This document shows, in pieces, positions 35,701 to 46,000 of a DNA stretch of 64,000 nucleotides. A model generated the notes under the pieces. That model searched no databases, was not told where the DNA came from, and saw nothing but the letters and a program-made list of their open reading frames with translations. The translations under genes and the position numbers were made by a program. Positions within the stretch are counted from its first letter, which is position 1. Every line of letters begins with the position of its first letter. The stretch is from a virus, in the IMG/VR virus record IMGVR_UViG_3300002144_000477, positions 32,001 to 96,000 of that record. One strand, given 5' to 3'.

Positions 35701-36860
35701 GCTTAATCAGGACCGACGGCAGATACGTAGACACAGCGTTTACTGGACTGTACCGAGTCATGGGAGTTAAGAACACATTTAGACAAGGTACGTTTAAGCA
35801 AGATATTGATCTAATTAGAATATTGGACCACGATGTTAACTTAGCACTAGGTAATACAGTACCGACAGAACGTCAGGTTAAAGCGTCAATAAAACGTAAC
35901 CTTCCGATTATTCCAGCTAGCCAAGCTGGTGTCAATTTAGGCAAACAGCCAGACATTACATCAGCAACACTTCCGCAATTAGATAAATTTGGAAACGATG
36001 TAGCAGGTGCAGTAACTCAAGGAGTTGAGGAAATAACCAACGCAGCCAACGCATCCAATGGCCTAATGTCGAGAGTGGGCGGTGCAATGGCTGCGTTGAA
36101 TGGAGTTAACCAAATTACAGCGGCACTAAGCGGCGGCGGATTGGGTAGTTTGCCTGGAATTGTAGATGGAGTAGGACAGTTAGGCAGCGGATTAAATTCG
36201 TTAACAAATGGCCTAGCTGGTGTTTCTAATGCATTGCCAGGCAGTGTTAACGAATTAACCGGAGGTGTTGGTGCAGGGTTCCCAAGTCTCGATGCGTTTG
36301 GCGGAGCAGGAGATATTGTGCAGTCGGGTGCGTCAACATTAAAGCAATTTGCAATGGGCACAGGTATAACTGGAGCAAACCCAGACTTAACAGCAATAGC
36401 GGCCTTAGGGGACGAGATTGACATTGCAGGATTACAGTCTGAATTAAGAGAACCTATATCAGAAGTAGCTGCACCTCCAGTTATACTCGGGGGTTTCGCT
36501 CCAGTCTCGAGTAGTTTGTTAACAGCCGCCGCAAAAGCTAAACAAACAGTGTCTCAGTTAGCTGATAAAGCTGGCATAACGCTACCTAGTATGCCAGATA
36601 TTCAAAATGTAAGCACGGTGCTCAATGATGCAATTAATGCCGCAGGATTTGATGTAGCAAGTTTGGACGGTGCTGTTAGCAATGGAGTTAATTTAGGAGC
36701 CCTACGTGATATTGGTGCAAATGCTACATCACTGGATTCCAAAATGTCAGGTTTTGTCAATGGGGCGCTAAACGATCCTAATGCCCCGCCGTATACAGGT
36801 GATGATCCAATTGTGCGAGCACGACTAGGATTACCACCAATCCCAACTGACTTTACATAA
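32757..36860 (+). CDS. Baseplate hub protein (gp27-like core) with long low-complexity termini, 1367 aa
   Basis: Between gp53 and gp5; IEPYG, IIGDP and GLYRV..V...F..G.F.Q hub-type motifs. Confidence 0.65.
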   Translation: MADNDRDLSDQEYNLLNAEADLLAQRAALDKREQALLSGRGTITDAQAEQLELERSKINNQIKSVVAERTEVEQKLDAAYPAVKPNSAWSNANDDDDDDDDDDADFYGNRDNASSANNNAKVQALTNKKISTQETSTTTTTGGGVTTVGYNEAELDAYIDKRSAAQQADRAEQKRVNDAYLQSQGLADAPAGERLRAISKAKRDGAIPEVSTATDEFEANNSKPVAVTTREEGEAVAQEKVTNNETANSNTAAGSLQPTNSESGTAIKTDEDEDDNPGEELDDEELAELEEGIDRNENSNSGNTGDPVVETDKAGVVVATESDTEGKGDQAGDEITEADKAIAADEVPVPVIDTKVVYQFPKATSSPQVTLPNEVTEFTSSANILHNYASYTYRITLYMLSVHDYKVISDTPHLWKPSNAIVSGAGKHDLVSAHRHPEFKDDFYFQELSIQTMVGLNAKSKASNALDLNFSLIEPYGITFLDRLVAASRYFGSKNYLDMPYLLQIEFYGQTDSGVADFQPIPNTTKRIPIRLLGMDIDVTSQGATYKISASPYNHTAFDEKIAVTSVNLQVTAGDVGGFFRSKDSSEMDKTLANRARATNALKALAKINPEEAREAKEKYAKQLKAPIRIETYPAGLNSWFNYMVTENARVHADKILFNIHPDIAISKIVRPSKNAHTTTKMAQAGTKEGAALSRNNGAGPDFNEKGFIINAGTSILKVIDMVIRNSEYISNQIKDPATSVDAQKMSPEEFAKALNKPFKWYKVIPSVELGEFDEKANRYSKIITYHVLPHEVADTKHPYGPRKKPTRFHKAYSYFYTGANHDIIDFKIEFNALYYNVVSINRANSQTSTVSPGKTEQRNSKIVNPSGGKNAVFGQHYEFTAGDQSGQGLDMDSSSTTKTVNDIQHNLYQNSKADMLSLTMQIIGDPDYIKQDDVYINPRQKDYEDKTSGDKINGGSLVYDKGEVYALVRFKSPTDIDETTGLIRTDGRYVDTAFTGLYRVMGVKNTFRQGTFKQDIDLIRILDHDVNLALGNTVPTERQVKASIKRNLPIIPASQAGVNLGKQPDITSATLPQLDKFGNDVAGAVTQGVEEITNAANASNGLMSRVGGAMAALNGVNQITAALSGGGLGSLPGIVDGVGQLGSGLNSLTNGLAGVSNALPGSVNELTGGVGAGFPSLDAFGGAGDIVQSGASTLKQFAMGTGITGANPDLTAIAALGDEIDIAGLQSELREPISEVAAPPVILGGFAPVSSSLLTAAAKAKQTVSQLADKAGITLPSMPDIQNVSTVLNDAINAAGFDVASLDGAVSNGVNLGALRDIGANATSLDSKMSGFVNGALNDPNAPPYTGDDPIVRARLGLPPIPTDFT

Positions 36861-36891
36861 TTAACACCGACATAAAAAGGTAATTAACAGT

Positions 36892-39159
36892 ATGGCAATT
36901 AGCAGACGAACTGGCGGTAACCGAATTCCGGATTGGGCCGATCAAACAAAAACTGGCGGACAGGTCCTTGACTCTGGACCATACGTTGGTGTGATTAAAA
37001 ACAACTTGGATCCGACCCGCAGTGGTCGTTTACAAGTTTACATTCCAAATTTAGGCGGCGACGAAAACGAAATACAAAATTGGCGTACAGTTGTTTACGC
37101 TAGTCCGTTCTTCGGGTCAACGTTTCAACCCGAAGCAACTGAGATAACAAGTCACGATAAGGTTCATCACACATACGGAATGTGGGCTATCCCGCCCGAC
37201 ATTGGCAACGAAGTACTTTGTACATTTATAAGCGGCGACCCAGGAAAGGGTTACTGGTTTGCATGCGTTAATAAACACCTGTCACATAACCAGTTACCAG
37301 CCAATGGCGCATTTGGTATTCAAAATAAAGACACTGTTGTTAGTACACTTGTTAAGAATAGTTTAAATCGTGGCGGAATTTTACCCAGCGGCGAGTTTAA
37401 TGAAAACAAGACTGACAACGTTAGCGATAGTTACTTAACAGTTCCTCGTAGTGTGCATGAATATCAAGCCGAGATAGTTATTAACCAAGGTCTGGATTTA
37501 GATTCTACCAGAGGAGCTATTAGTAGTAGTAGCCAACGTGAAACACCTAGCCAAGTATTCGGAATTAGCACTCCAGGGCGTCCAACAGCAGATCCAACAA
37601 TCGATCCTGAGTATACGCAAAAGCTCAATGAAGGTCGCATAACCGAAGAAGATTATGCTATTAGGCAGCGCAGAGGCGGCCATAGTTTTGTAATGGACGA
37701 TGGTGACATCAATGGTAACGACCAGCTAGTACGCATAAGGTCGAGCGCTGGACACCAAATACTAATGAGCGATGATAATAAGTTTATACAAATTATCAAC
37801 GGTAACGGCAGTGTTTGGATGGAAATGACAGGTGACGGGCATTTAATGATGTACAGCTATGGCGGTATGCATTTTAGGACCGAAGGGGAAATGAATTTTC
37901 ATGCTGATAGTAACATTAATTTTAATGCCGGTGGGAAGTTTAACGTTCATGCCGCAGCCGATATAAATTTCGACAGTGCAAATAATTTAACTATTAAAGC
38001 AAATAGCACTATTACACAATACGCTGGCACTGTTAAAATTGGAGCCGGCGGCAATCTTGTTATGAATGCTGCAAGTAAGATTGATGTAACTGCATCTAGT
38101 AGTTTAAATCTATGGGGAAGTAGATTAGATTTAAATTCTGCCCCTGGAGCTAAAATTAGTAATCCAGGTAGTTTAAAAAAGTTCTTTCATACAGACGTTA
38201 CACGCCCATCATTGGCAGAACCATGGACTGAAAAGCCTAGAGCTACTACTAGCATTAACAGCATTGTACCAGCACACGAGCCGTGGACTAGACAAACAGG
38301 CGAAGCAGTTACTGATACTAGTTTTGTGGTTGGCCAGAACTTAGAAGCAACAGCAGCAAGTAGATCTGTTAATGTAGCAACTGCGTTTGCTTCAACAGGC
38401 GGGACTATTGCTGGTGGTTACCCTGGCCCTACAACTGCGGTAAACCAAACTTCGACAGCAGCAAGTAGTGCGTCGGGGTTTAATACTCCCATTGGCGGCG
38501 GTGCCGCAAGCGGTAAACCAGCTACTGGAAGCACACAAACTACCAGTACTGGAAATAACACTGGGCCTGACAGTGCTAATGGTCAACCTATTAAAAACGG
38601 CATTAGCAAAAGTGACTTATCCCGTCCGGATGCTCCTCCAGTTACTAAAGCAATTCCGCCATTGAGTGCAGAGCAAGCACAAGCACTAAAAACTCAAATT
38701 GCTAAAAGTGAGAGCGGATTTGATTACGGTGCAACTAACCAGTTTAATTACTTAGGTCGATACCAAGTTGGCGGCGCAGTGTTACAAGATCAAGGGTTAC
38801 TCCGACCGGAGTACGTTAAGAAATACGGTAATAGAGCTGCCCAGCACCCTGAAGCGTGGACAGCAAAAGCACATAGTATGGGAATTACAAGCCAGGCAGA
38901 TTTCCTTAAAAACGGTGCAGTTCAGGAGCAAGTAATGGATAACCTATTGGCATCTAATGCTAAAACACTATCGCGAATAGGCGGCATACGCCCAGGCGAC
39001 GACCCTGCTACGGCCGCCGGAATGCTACAAACTGCACACTTGCTAGGTGCCGGTGGCGCAAAGAATTGGCGCAACGGTGGTGGTGGCGCAGATGCAAATG
39101 GCACCACTGGTATCGCCTACTTCAACAAAGGTCGTGGTGCTATCGAAGCACTGGCATAA
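36892..39159 (+). CDS. gp5: Baseplate central spike (gp5-like) with C-terminal lysozyme-like domain, 755 aa
   Basis: OB-fold DPTRSGRLQV...PPDIGNEV, beta-helix repeats, C-terminal ESG.DY...LGRYQ...AHLLGAGG. Confidence 0.85.
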   Translation: MAISRRTGGNRIPDWADQTKTGGQVLDSGPYVGVIKNNLDPTRSGRLQVYIPNLGGDENEIQNWRTVVYASPFFGSTFQPEATEITSHDKVHHTYGMWAIPPDIGNEVLCTFISGDPGKGYWFACVNKHLSHNQLPANGAFGIQNKDTVVSTLVKNSLNRGGILPSGEFNENKTDNVSDSYLTVPRSVHEYQAEIVINQGLDLDSTRGAISSSSQRETPSQVFGISTPGRPTADPTIDPEYTQKLNEGRITEEDYAIRQRRGGHSFVMDDGDINGNDQLVRIRSSAGHQILMSDDNKFIQIINGNGSVWMEMTGDGHLMMYSYGGMHFRTEGEMNFHADSNINFNAGGKFNVHAAADINFDSANNLTIKANSTITQYAGTVKIGAGGNLVMNAASKIDVTASSSLNLWGSRLDLNSAPGAKISNPGSLKKFFHTDVTRPSLAEPWTEKPRATTSINSIVPAHEPWTRQTGEAVTDTSFVVGQNLEATAASRSVNVATAFASTGGTIAGGYPGPTTAVNQTSTAASSASGFNTPIGGGAASGKPATGSTQTTSTGNNTGPDSANGQPIKNGISKSDLSRPDAPPVTKAIPPLSAEQAQALKTQIAKSESGFDYGATNQFNYLGRYQVGGAVLQDQGLLRPEYVKKYGNRAAQHPEAWTAKAHSMGITSQADFLKNGAVQEQVMDNLLASNAKTLSRIGGIRPGDDPATAAGMLQTAHLLGAGGAKNWRNGGGGADANGTTGIAYFNKGRGAIEALA

Positions 39160-39169
39160 TTTTTTTACG

Positions 39170-39176
39170 GTAAATA
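39170..39176 (+). promoter_or_regulatory. Late promoter GTAAATA
   Basis: 7 nt upstream of the gp25 ATG. Confidence 0.65.
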
Positions 39177-39183
39177 ATATACT

Positions 39184-39558
39184 ATGGCACGATACAGAGG
39201 TTTTAGCACTATTGGAAGATATAAGAAGTTTAGAGCGGTTGACGTAGATTTAATTAAACAGGATCTACTAAATCACTTTAACATTCGTCGCGGCGAAAAA
39301 CTAATGAATCCAACCTTCGGGACTATTATTTGGAATTGTTTGTTTGAGCCGTTTACTCCGGAAATTAGGCAAACGATAATCGACGATGTTGCCCGTATAG
39401 TTAACTACGACCCACGAACAAATGCAATAAATGTTATAGTCGACGAATACGATCTAGGACTACAAATAGAAATTGAGCTAGAATATGTTGGTGCTAACAA
39501 GCAAGACAGTCTGGTAGTAATGTTTGATCGAGATGCAGGACTAGCGCAACAATCTTAA
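39184..39558 (+). CDS. gp25: Baseplate wedge subunit gp25, 124 aa
   Basis: GEKLMNPTFGT...LFEP...YDPR motif. Confidence 0.92.
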   Translation: MARYRGFSTIGRYKKFRAVDVDLIKQDLLNHFNIRRGEKLMNPTFGTIIWNCLFEPFTPEIRQTIIDDVARIVNYDPRTNAINVIVDEYDLGLQIEIELEYVGANKQDSLVVMFDRDAGLAQQS

Positions 39559-39579
39559 TAATAGCCGTTTTTTACACTG

Positions 39580-39586
39580 ATAAATA
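39580..39586 (+). promoter_or_regulatory. Late promoter GATAAATA
   Basis: Upstream of gp6. Confidence 0.7.
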
Positions 39587-39616
39587 ATAGAATAAAGTTA
39601 TTTAGGTGTGTAAAAC

Positions 39617-42600
39617 ATGGCATTAAACAATAGACAAACAAGTTTACTGGTTCAACAGAATTGGACCAAAGTTTACGAAACGTTCAAAGAAGCTGATTTT
39701 CAGAGCTACGATTTTGAAACGTTGCGTAAAACAATGATCGATTACCTGCGTACTTACTACCCAGAAGACTTTAACGACTTCACTGAAAGTAGTGAATACG
39801 TTGCGTTAATTGATTTAATTGCATTCCTTGGACAAAGTTTAGCTTTTAGAGCTGACTTAAACGCCCGCGAAAACTTTATCGACACTGCTGAACGCCGCGA
39901 TAGCGTATTAAAACTTGCACGCCTAATTAACTACCACCCAAAGCGCAACATTGCATCGTCGGGATTACTTAAAGTCGAAAGTATTTCTACTACTGAGAGC
40001 GTATATGATAGTAACGGAACAGACCTTGCGAACTTAATTATTTCTTGGGACGATACTACCAACGATAGCTGGCAGGAACAATTTAATGCAATAATAAATG
40101 CGGCATTAGTTGATAGTCAAACAGTTGGCAAAGGCGGTAACTCGCAAGTAGTCAATGGAATTAATACAACTGAGTACACACTTAGCATTTCGCCTAATAG
40201 TGTACCGGCATACCGATTTGTGTCAGATGTAGAAGGAACATCACTTCCGTTTGAAGTTGTTAGTGCATCGACAGTAGGCAAGACTTTTGTGTATGAAAAA
40301 GAGCCAACTCCAATTGGACAATTTAACATACTACACCGCAATGATAAGCTAGGCAACAGTAGTAACAACACTGGCTTCTTTATGTACTTTAAGCAAGGTG
40401 CAGTAAACTCAGTTGATTTTAACATCGGTAGCGCATTACCAAACCGTATCGTTAACATTGATTTTGATAACATTAATAATAACGACACTTGGTTGTATAA
40501 GCTAACAGCTAATAACACAGTTGACACGCAGTGGACTAAAGTTCCTGCTATTGCTGGTATTAACATTGCTTACAACAAATCGTCAGAACGTAACTTATAC
40601 CAAGTGGTTACACGAAATGATGATAAAATTTCATTAAGTTTCGGCGACGGATCTTTTGCTAATATCCCACAAGGTAACTTCAGACTCTACTACCGTCAGA
40701 GTGCGGGCTACGAGTACAAGATTACTCCAGACGAAATTCAGAATATTAATATTCCGGTTACATACATTGACCGCAATGGCAGAACCCAGGTAATATCATT
40801 ACGTGTTAGTTTAAAGTACACTGTAGCAAATTCTTCACCGAGAGAATCAATTGCGGAGATTAGAGAAAAAGCACCGCAACAGTACTATACACAAAATAGA
40901 ATGATCACCGGGGAAGATTATAACATTTTCCCTTACACTGCGTATAACACAATTCAGAAAGTTAAGGCAACTAACAGGACTAGTTCCGGCGTTAGTCGTT
41001 TCCTTGATGTAGTGGATGTAACAGGCAAGTATTCAAGCACAAACATCTTTAGTGCCGATGGCGTACTGTACAAAGATGAATATACTAAGAGTTTAAACTT
41101 TAGTTACCAAACAGCTAACGAAATTTTTACAGTCATTTATAATCAGATTAATCCAATTCTTAAAGACAAGCCAGTGCAACACCTACACTATAATAAAGGC
41201 GCAAGATTTACAATTGAAGATAATAGCTGGAGATTTGAAAGCTCGTCGACTAACAAAACCATTGGTTATTTAATTGATGAGTCTGACGGCGTTAGTGTTG
41301 ACGCAATTGGTCCGGGCGTATCTGGTGTACTAGGTAAAATACTGCCTGGAGCTATTATTAAATTTAGTGCAGGCGAAGGCAACTATTTTAATACACGCGG
41401 ACAGATTAAAACCGGTGTAGTAACAAAGGACGGCGATAAGACATACATATATGCCGCAGTCCAACAAATAAACCAGACTACAAATCAACTAACTATTTCA
41501 GAGTATGTGCCAACTGGTGCGATTCCAGTGGAATTAATTCCTGTATTTAAGAATTTATTAAGCGATAGCATGCTTGACCAAATGGTTAACTTAATTAAAG
41601 TGTACAAGAACTTTGCGCTACGATACGACAATGAAATTAACGCATGGGCGTTAATTGATGCAGCCGACATTGGTACTGGGGGATATAGTAACGACTATGC
41701 CGGCGACACACAAGCACAAGGGCTGGATTCTAGCTGGGTTATAAAATTTGAATACAACGGAAACGAGTATACTGCAACCTATAGAGGCCTTGACTATTAT
41801 TTTGAAAGTGTAGCGGAAACTAAATTCTATTTTGATAATAGAGCCAAAGTATTTGACAGCAAAACCGGAACTACTATCACTGACACTGTTACTGTGTTAA
41901 AATTTAACAGCCAAGCAGATAGCGCATACCCGCTAGCTCAAAATTTAGCATGGAGCGTGTATAAGAACATTGTTGAAAGCGACGGTTACCAAGATAATAA
42001 AAAAATATTAGTAACGTTTCCGGATTCCGATGGCGATGGTGTGCCAGACAACCCAGACTTGTTTGATTTAATTGTTAACTCAACAGTTAACTCAACTACT
42101 AAATTTGTATTTTTTAAACAAAATCAGACTGATTCAAGTTTCATTGAATATCTACCGCTCGACTATTCAGCAGTTGAAATACTGGACTCTGAAGAAAGCG
42201 TTAGATTAAATGCCGACAGCTATTCAACTGGACAACTATTTTATTCGCACTCTAATAACCAGTTTTATCAACTAGTCACTGGTCAAACTAGCAACAGAGA
42301 AGTTATTAACGTAACGTCTGACTATAGAGCCAGAATAGGCAGAGACAAACTTAACTTCCAATACCGTCATAATAGTCCAAATAGCAGACGAATTGATCCG
42401 AGTCCAAACAATATTATGGATCTGTTTATTTTAACTAAACGATATGCAACAGACTATGCTGCGTGGATTAATGACACTAGCAATACACTGACTGCACCAG
42501 TTACTCCAACAAACGAGGAATTGAAATCGGAGTTCGCCGAGTTGGAAAATTACAAAGCAATGAGCGACAGCATTATATATAATGGTGCAACATTTAAACC

Positions 42601-42991
42601 TATCTTTGGAAATCGTGCCAACAGCGCACTTCAAGCTAAGTTTAAAGTAGTTAAGAATCCTAACATGATTATCAGTGATAGCGATGTTAAGACTAGCGTA
42701 GTTGCCGCTATCAATGCATACTTTGATATTAACAATTGGGATTTTGGCGAAACATTCTATTTCAGTGAACTAAGTGCATACTTGCACGCTGAGCTAACTC
42801 CTCAGCTAGCAAGCATTATCATTGTCCCAGGCAATAGCTCTGCACAATTTGGTAGCTTATATCAGATTAATGCTGAGCCCGACGAGATTTTAATTAGTTG
42901 TGCAACAGTTGACGACATTGAAATTATTAGTTCAATTACGGCGTCACAGATTAACCAAACCATGGCTGGTTTAATAACCACTTCTGTATAA
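39617..42991 (+). CDS. gp6: Baseplate wedge subunit gp6-like, 1124 aa
   Basis: DFETLR, ENFIDTA.RRDSV..LA, FGDG, ESI.EIR..AP..Y.TQNRMIT.EDY motifs. Confidence 0.9.
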   Translation: MALNNRQTSLLVQQNWTKVYETFKEADFQSYDFETLRKTMIDYLRTYYPEDFNDFTESSEYVALIDLIAFLGQSLAFRADLNARENFIDTAERRDSVLKLARLINYHPKRNIASSGLLKVESISTTESVYDSNGTDLANLIISWDDTTNDSWQEQFNAIINAALVDSQTVGKGGNSQVVNGINTTEYTLSISPNSVPAYRFVSDVEGTSLPFEVVSASTVGKTFVYEKEPTPIGQFNILHRNDKLGNSSNNTGFFMYFKQGAVNSVDFNIGSALPNRIVNIDFDNINNNDTWLYKLTANNTVDTQWTKVPAIAGINIAYNKSSERNLYQVVTRNDDKISLSFGDGSFANIPQGNFRLYYRQSAGYEYKITPDEIQNINIPVTYIDRNGRTQVISLRVSLKYTVANSSPRESIAEIREKAPQQYYTQNRMITGEDYNIFPYTAYNTIQKVKATNRTSSGVSRFLDVVDVTGKYSSTNIFSADGVLYKDEYTKSLNFSYQTANEIFTVIYNQINPILKDKPVQHLHYNKGARFTIEDNSWRFESSSTNKTIGYLIDESDGVSVDAIGPGVSGVLGKILPGAIIKFSAGEGNYFNTRGQIKTGVVTKDGDKTYIYAAVQQINQTTNQLTISEYVPTGAIPVELIPVFKNLLSDSMLDQMVNLIKVYKNFALRYDNEINAWALIDAADIGTGGYSNDYAGDTQAQGLDSSWVIKFEYNGNEYTATYRGLDYYFESVAETKFYFDNRAKVFDSKTGTTITDTVTVLKFNSQADSAYPLAQNLAWSVYKNIVESDGYQDNKKILVTFPDSDGDGVPDNPDLFDLIVNSTVNSTTKFVFFKQNQTDSSFIEYLPLDYSAVEILDSEESVRLNADSYSTGQLFYSHSNNQFYQLVTGQTSNREVINVTSDYRARIGRDKLNFQYRHNSPNSRRIDPSPNNIMDLFILTKRYATDYAAWINDTSNTLTAPVTPTNEELKSEFAELENYKAMSDSIIYNGATFKPIFGNRANSALQAKFKVVKNPNMIISDSDVKTSVVAAINAYFDINNWDFGETFYFSELSAYLHAELTPQLASIIIVPGNSSAQFGSLYQINAEPDEILISCATVDDIEIISSITASQINQTMAGLITTSV

Positions 42992-43007
42992 TAGGTAAGT
43001 AAGACAT

Positions 43008-46000
43008 ATGGCAATCATCAAAACAGTTAACTTCCTCCCAGAAATTTTTAGAACTGACACTAACGCTAAGTTTCTAAATGCAACACTTGACCAACTAATC
43101 AATGAACCGCAGTTTAAGCGAGTTGATGGGTATATTGGGCGCAAGTTTAGTCCTACTTATAAAAGTACCGACAACTATGTTGTTGAGCCAAGTAAGCCTA
43201 GACAGCAATATCAACTTGAGCCTAGTATTATTGTTAATAATAAAGATAATGATTCAATTGATTTTTACAGCTCGTATCTAGACCTACTGCAACAGATACA
43301 GTACTATGGTGGTAATATTACTAACCAAAGTAGGTTGTTTAAAAACGAAAGCTATAGCTTCGATGGGCAGTTTGATTATGATAAGTTTATTAACTTTAAG
43401 AACTATTATTGGTTAGAAAACGGACCAGCATGTGTGCCAGTCTCTAGCGGCAATGTACCAACACATAATGACTATGATGTAACTCGTAACATTACATTAA
43501 GCGGCTACAACTTTAGCGAGTCTGGAACAGAGAGTAACCCTGTTCTTGTAATGGCTCGCGGCGGTACGTATACTTTTAACATCAATGAGCCAGGTCATCA
43601 GTTCTGGATACAGACTGAACCGGGTATATCGGGTAAACGAGCACAGCAACAAAATATTAGCACACGAGAAGTATTTGGTGTTGCTAACAATGGAACTGAC
43701 GCTGGTACAGTTACCTTCAAAGTGCCACTAGTAACGGCACAGAATCGTTACAGCTCAATGCCGGTAGTTGACCAAATTGACATTGCTAGTGTAGATATAC
43801 ACTATAGCGAAATTCAAGGAAGTGCGTTAAGTGCGTTCCTTCGTAAATTTACAAATGGTATTGATGGCGCTAAGACTTACGCAGATTTGCATAATCGAAA
43901 TATGATTTTTGCAACAACAGACGACTCGCTTGATGAATCTTACTGGTCTAACAACGAATTCTTTGCAATGCTTAGATTTGGTGCGGCAGTCAAAGATCAA
44001 GTAGTGCCTGCTGCACAACGTAGGAACATTTGGAGAATTACATTAGTGCCATCAACTGATGTTAACCCAGACTCAGGGCTAGCAGACGATTACATAATTA
44101 ATCTAATACCAAGTACTGAAGTTCAATTTGATAACCGAGTCTATGTAAGAAACGGTATTGTCGCAGGCACAAGGGAATACTACCTTGATTTCGATAATAT
44201 GTTCCATCCGGTTCCAGTTATTACCTCCAATTTAGATGTGATATACTATCAAGATTCTGTTAACCCAGCATATTTTGGTGAAATACGTATCATTGATGCA
44301 AACAATTTTAGCATTGATGTTACTAGCAGTATACTTAATAAAGTAAATTATACTAGTCCAAACGGAGTAGTGTTTACCAATGGTCTTAAGGTATGTTTTG
44401 ACGAGTATGTTACCCCTGCATTGTATGCAAATAATGAATATTATGTTGAGGGAGTAGGATCTAGCATAACGTTAATACCAGTTAGTTCGCTAGTAGCACC
44501 CGAGGAGTACGCCATTAACGGGTTAAGCACTCCTGACTACCTTACTGTGAATCGGGCTAGCATAGACCTCAATGGCTGGACACGTAGTAACCGCTGGTTC
44601 CATGTTGATATTATTACAGAAACAGCCAATTACAACAAAGACTCACTGATTTATACATACACATACGATCCGGATTTTAATAACGAGTTTGTACCGTATA
44701 CTGATAGCGCTATTGTTTCGACTATTCGTAGTCTGACTGCCATTGAGTCATTGAAAACTGAATACCAAGTTGGGCAAATTTTTTATGCCTATATTGAAGG
44801 GTTGTTTTTCCAGCTAGATGCTGAGATGAATCTAGTACCATTGGCAAATTTCCGAGCAACGAATTCTAGTTTACCTGACCAAACATTACGTGCAACTCGC
44901 CCAATTATTGAATTTAACGCAGGCACTAAGTTATTTAATTATGGTCACAGCGCATTAGACCCAGTTGACTATTTAGACTTTACAGTAACTGATGCATTCA
45001 GTGACATTGAACGTAGCGGCAGTGTGTACAACACCCTTGCACCGTATCTTAACGGTGATGTTGTTATAGTCGGGGATCAAGTTTACGGCGCAACTAAGAA
45101 CGTGCAGAGTTTACCAACTGATTCAACAGTGTGGAACCAGTTATTCCAGTTAGTACCGTACGATTCATCTAGGCCGTACCTGAAAGACGAGAAGGTATCG
45201 TTCAACGGGTCAGCATATCAAGCATTAAACTATGCCGACGTTGCACCAAGTGAAGCAAACGAAGACGAACTATGGTTTAAATTGTTTGACTATGTTTCGT
45301 ACGATCCAGAGTTAGCTGACACTTATACAATTAACACTGTAGTAGACTACGCGGGTATTGCTTACCGAGCGTTAGAAGATATCCAACAAAACCCAGCAAC
45401 TAGTGGGTTATGGGAGTTATTGTTTAATTTAATTGACGGTAAGACAATCATCTTTGCAAATGAAGACGATCCTGAAATTAGAAAACGAGTATATACTATT
45501 AGGTTAGTTGAAATAGCAGGACAAGATACTATACATCTGGAACTAGCATCCGACAGGTTAGTACAGCCGCAAGATGCAGTAATTGTTAAAAGTGGACAAC
45601 ACCAAAGCGAGAATTTTTGGTATAATGGAACCAATTGGTACCAAGGGCAATCTAAGTCTGGGGTAAACCAGGCTCCTAAATTTGATGTAGTAGACGAAAA
45701 TGGTATTAGCTTTGGTGACCGCGCTACTTATGTAGATAGTACGTTTAACGGAACAACTATATTTGAATATGCAGTCGGTACAGGCACCCGCGATACAGTA
45801 CTAGGATTCCCACTAACTTATAAAAACTTTAACAGCGTTGGTGACATTGAGTTCTTAACAAGATTTAACACTGACACCTTTACGTTTGTTAACGGGATTA
45901 AAGTAGACACTAAACAAGTAAGGTCCGGCTATCTTCTTCAGATTAACCAGGACTTGTCTCTACAACATAAAAATATCTGGACAAAGAACGTAGATGACAC

